Shown: in pieces, positions 29,212 to 32,000 of the stretch
How the letters are laid out: each line of letters starts with the position of its first letter
Position numbering within the stretch: the first letter of the stretch is position 1
Made by a program: the position numbers and the translations under genes
NCBI GenBank assembly: GCA_004284765.1
Contig: NQJD01000029.1
Location: 1-32,000, forward strand
Length of the DNA: 32,000 bases
Reading direction: 5' to 3'
Source: Candidatus Electronema aureum
GTDB taxonomy: Bacteria > Desulfobacterota > Desulfobulbia > Desulfobulbales > Desulfobulbaceae
The notes under the pieces: generated by a model
Database searches by the model: none
Told to the model about the DNA's origin: nothing
Seen by the model: the letters and a program-made list of their open reading frames with translations, nothing else

Positions 29212-30580
29212 CGATGAGCCGAATTATCTGATTGTTCTTTCTGAATTGCTGCGCGATGAGGACTACGAGGTCTTCACTGCCGATTGCGGTCCAGCAGCTC
29301 TGAAAATCGCCCGCGAGACCGATCTCGATCTGGTGCTGACGGACATGAAGATGCCGGGCATGGACGGCATTGAACTCTTAGCCCGGTTGAAGGAGTTTAA
29401 CCGTCACTTGCCAGTGATCTTGGTCACGGCCTACGCCGAAGTGGGGAAAGCGGTCGAGGCTATGCACCTTGGTGCTTTCACGTACTTGGCCAAGCCTTTT
29501 TCCAATGAGGCTTTGGTCGCCTCGGTACGCAAGGCGGTAGAACATTACGGCCTCATCCGAGAAATCCACCGGTTACGCAGCGAAGCCGCACCTAAGTCTG
29601 GCTTTGGCGGCATGATTGGTAAAAATCCGAACATGCTGGCCGTTTATCGGCTGATTGAAAAAGTTGCTCCAGCCTTATCCTCAGTCTTGATTACCGGCGA
29701 ATCTGGCACGGGCAAAGAGTTAGTGGCTCGCGCTGTTCACAATCTCAGCCCGCGCAAGGAAGCACCTTTTATTTCAGTCAACTGCGCCGCTTTGTCTGAG
29801 CATTTACTGGAAAGCGAGCTGTTCGGCCACGAGAAAGGCTCGTTCACCGATGCCTCGTTCATGCGCAAAGGCCGTTTTGAGCTGGCTGACACCGGTACCC
29901 TTTTCCTCGATGAAATCGGTGAGATGGCTCTGCCGCTTCAGACCAAGCTCCTCCGCGTTCTTCAAGAGCGAGCCTTTGAGCGGGTGGGCGGCAGCAAAAC
30001 CATTCAGGTTGATGTCCGCATTTTGGCAGCCACGAACAAGGATTTGAAAGACGAAGTTGATAAGGGTAATTTCCGCGAAGACCTGTATTATCGCCTCAAT
30101 GTCATCCGCATTCAAATGCCGCCGTTGCGAGATCGGCAGGATGATATCCCGGCTTTGGTCCATCATTTCGTGGAGAAAAATTGTCGGCGGTTATCCAAAG
30201 AAAAACTTGAGATTACGCCAGAGGCTATGCGCTTGTTGGTCAGTCTGCCGTGGGAAGGCAACATTCGCGAGTTAGAAAACACCATCGAGCGAGCCGCAAT
30301 TCTCTGTAATAACAACCGAATTGAAGCTGAGGATGTGCAACCGGATTCCAGTCAGCTGCCTACCCCTCAAGAGTGGAGTTCCGGCGTACAGCTGGAGCAG
30401 TTTGTGCCTGCTGGATTACCCTTAGCTGATATTCTCAACGGCATCGAGGAAAAGTTAGTGCGGCAGGCCTTGGAAGACTCAGAGCAAGTGCAGGCACGGG
30501 CGGCAGAAAAGCTCGGCATTACCAAGAGTTTGCTTCAATATAAAATGAAGAAATTCAATCTCCAGCGCAAGAAGAAATAG
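29189..30580 (+). CDS. Sigma-54-dependent response regulator (NtrC family: REC + AAA+ + Fis-type HTH)
   Basis: REC ILVVDDE...LVLTDMKMPGMDG...K. AAA+ Walker A GESGTGKELVARAVH and Walker B LFLDEIGE. GAFTGA-loop position reads GSFTDA. RVLQER...VDVRILAATN is present. C-terminal HTH AAEKLGITKSLLQYKMKKF. The gene overlaps the PHP gene by 23 nt. Confidence 0.9.
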   Translation: MQTILVVDDEPNYLIVLSELLRDEDYEVFTADCGPAALKIARETDLDLVLTDMKMPGMDGIELLARLKEFNRHLPVILVTAYAEVGKAVEAMHLGAFTYLAKPFSNEALVASVRKAVEHYGLIREIHRLRSEAAPKSGFGGMIGKNPNMLAVYRLIEKVAPALSSVLITGESGTGKELVARAVHNLSPRKEAPFISVNCAALSEHLLESELFGHEKGSFTDASFMRKGRFELADTGTLFLDEIGEMALPLQTKLLRVLQERAFERVGGSKTIQVDVRILAATNKDLKDEVDKGNFREDLYYRLNVIRIQMPPLRDRQDDIPALVHHFVEKNCRRLSKEKLEITPEAMRLLVSLPWEGNIRELENTIERAAILCNNNRIEAEDVQPDSSQLPTPQEWSSGVQLEQFVPAGLPLADILNGIEEKLVRQALEDSEQVQARAAEKLGITKSLLQYKMKKFNLQRKKK

Positions 30581-31445
30581 GCCTGTGCTGGGCGGTGCGG
30601 ATGCAGTCTGGTAGGGGTTTGCCACAGTCGCAACTGGCCCAGTTGAGTTTGCTACGGAGAATGGCAAAGTAGCCCTTGTGCGGTGAGCTGATCAGCCGCA
30701 GAGGTTTACTTGCTGCCACTACGGTCAAAAAGCTATTTTTCTGGATAACCCCAACCGGCATACCGTCTGCTACCACCTTAACTTTACTGGCAGGCTGGGC
30801 CAGACTGGTTGTCACTTGGGTCTGCGGCGGCAGCAATACGGGCCGCGATTCGAGCATGAAAGGGCAGATCGGTGTGAGGAGAAGAGCCTGCAATCCAGCA
30901 TGAGCGATAGGGCCGCCTGCGGAAAGATTGTAGGCGGTGGAGCCGGTGGGCGTAGAGATAATCAGGCCGTCGGCTTTGTACGTGGCCACGTATTCCTCGT
31001 CAGCCCAGCAACAGAGGCGCAGCAACGGCTCAGTGCTGCCCTTGAGGAGTACCACCTCATTGAGCGCAAACCAAGGCTTACCGACCGGTACTCCATTCCC
31101 ATCCAGTAGCTGCGCCTTGAGCATCAGCCGTTCTTCAATGGTAATTCTACCGCAAAGTATCTCTTCTAAGGCTGGATACATTTCCTCTGCTGCCACCTCG
31201 GTGAGGAAACCGAGATAGCCAAGATTCACGCCAACCACCGGAATGCCGAGCCGAGCCGCCTGATCCGCGACGTGAAGCAGGGTACCGTCGCCGCCGAGGA
31301 TAGTCAGCATATCCATATCCGGCTCAATCTGGTCTAAATCTGCCTTGATCGAGCGCTGCCTGAACCAAGCGGCCAGCTCTTCACCGATCCGCTGCACCGG
31401 CGGCGAGTCTTTGCGAGTGATGATACCAACGCGGCGGATGCGCAT
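30555..31445 (-). CDS. nadK: NAD+ kinase
   Basis: 296 aa. DMLTILGGDGTLLH, GVNLGYLGFLTE, NEVVL, ADGLIISTPTGSTAYNLSAGGPI. A C-terminal tail of about 27 aa extends past the usual KLNW end and overlaps the convergent NtrC-type gene by 26 nt. Confidence 0.9.
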   Translation of the reverse strand: MRIRRVGIITRKDSPPVQRIGEELAAWFRQRSIKADLDQIEPDMDMLTILGGDGTLLHVADQAARLGIPVVGVNLGYLGFLTEVAAEEMYPALEEILCGRITIEERLMLKAQLLDGNGVPVGKPWFALNEVVLLKGSTEPLLRLCCWADEEYVATYKADGLIISTPTGSTAYNLSAGGPIAHAGLQALLLTPICPFMLESRPVLLPPQTQVTTSLAQPASKVKVVADGMPVGVIQKNSFLTVVAASKPLRLISSPHKGYFAILRSKLNWASCDCGKPLPDCIRTAQHRPISSCAGD

Positions 31446-31450
31446 CGCGT

Positions 31451-32000
31451 TTATTTACCCAGCTCTTTCGAGCGGTCGGTTGCTGCTTTAACCGCTGCCA
31501 TGACCGTGCCGCGCAGACCGTCCCGCTCCATCACCTGTAGCCCAGCAATGGTAGTGCCTCCGGGCGACGTGACTCGGCCTTTCAACACTGCTGCTGGCTC
31601 GCCAGTTTCCATCGCCAGCTTGGCCGAGCCAAAGAGGGTTTGTAAAGCTAACTGCTCGGCCAACGGTCGCGGGATGCCTGCCAAAACTCCGCCGTCAATC
31701 AGTGCCTCTAAGAAAGTGAAGACATAGCCCGGCCCGGAACCACTGAGGCCAGTGACGGCATCGAGCAAATTTTCCGGCACTTCCACGCAGGTACCGACAG
31801 CGGAAAATATCTGGCCGCACAGTGCCATGTCCTCGCGACTGGCGTTTTTGTTGCCGCTCATCGCCGAAGCACCAGCCAGCACTAAGGCGGGCGTATTGGG
31901 CATCACTCGGATGATGCGCATTTTCTCGCCGAGGCAGCGTTCCATCTGGCTGATCGTCACGCCAGCAGCGATGGAGATAAGCAGATGCCTCGCGTTCAGA
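31451..32000 (-). CDS. proC: Pyrroline-5-carboxylate reductase (5' part lies beyond the right edge)
   Basis: The reading frame is open to the window edge. Translation reads ...LLISIAAGVTISQMERCLG...RVMPNTPALV...GSGPGYVFTFLEALIDGGVLAGIPR...VTSPGGTTIAGL, the classic ProC motifs. The ORF-track Met at 31960 is an internal GTG (Val). Confidence 0.85.
   Translation of the reverse strand, partial: LNARHLLISIAAGVTISQMERCLGEKMRIIRVMPNTPALVLAGASAMSGNKNASREDMALCGQIFSAVGTCVEVPENLLDAVTGLSGSGPGYVFTFLEALIDGGVLAGIPRPLAEQLALQTLFGSAKLAMETGEPAAVLKGRVTSPGGTTIAGLQVMERDGLRGTVMAAVKAATDRSKELGK

Noticed and set aside
1-32000. Search by eye for rRNA, tRNA, tmRNA, CRISPR arrays, prophage genes and integrons
   Set aside because: I could recognise none. 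Nearly all sequence is accounted for by protein-coding genes and short spacers. A covariance-model scan would be needed to exclude small structured RNAs.

Overview
The window is a Gram-negative chromosomal segment of about 50% GC. It looks like an anaerobe of the Desulfobacterota/deltaproteobacterial type, but that placement is inference only. All calls come from reading the ORF translations and the DNA by eye; no searches were run.

Housekeeping genes sit at both ends:
- Left end: a LivK-like binding protein, lpxK, lpxC, a Cys-rich HD-domain protein divergent from hcp, and hcp.
- Right end: a glycine-zipper lipoprotein, a YjbQ-family protein, wecE, a PHP phosphoesterase, an NtrC-type activator, nadK, and proC (partial).

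The central 20 kb is accessory-like:
1. A cluster at 6.6-14.2 kb carries diverged copies of every part of an Hsp70 cycle. These are an Hsp70 with a zinc ribbon between its ATPase and substrate-binding domains, a J-like protein without HPD, and a short GrpE-like protein. They sit with a receiver/histidine-kinase hybrid, a zinc-ribbon/TM/LysM envelope protein, a large helical-repeat protein and an HdeA-like periplasmic protein. I consider this the best candidate for an undescribed system.
2. A 2-TM protein is translationally coupled to a secreted caspase-like protease with a DUF1566-like domain.
3. A REP-associated tyrosine transposase (RAYT) is flanked by GTAG-headed REP hairpins and carries a 42-bp perfect palindrome in frame inside its own gene.
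4. A strikingly GC-rich LPS block holds msbA, an O-antigen-ligase/glycosyltransferase fusion and a waaC-like gene, coupled to a normal-GC GT2 gene.
5. A NACHT (STAND) NTPase is fused to an FGE-sulfatase-like domain that lacks the catalytic cysteine pair.

An IS110-type transposase start lies at the extreme left edge. I recognised no rRNA, tRNA or CRISPR array.
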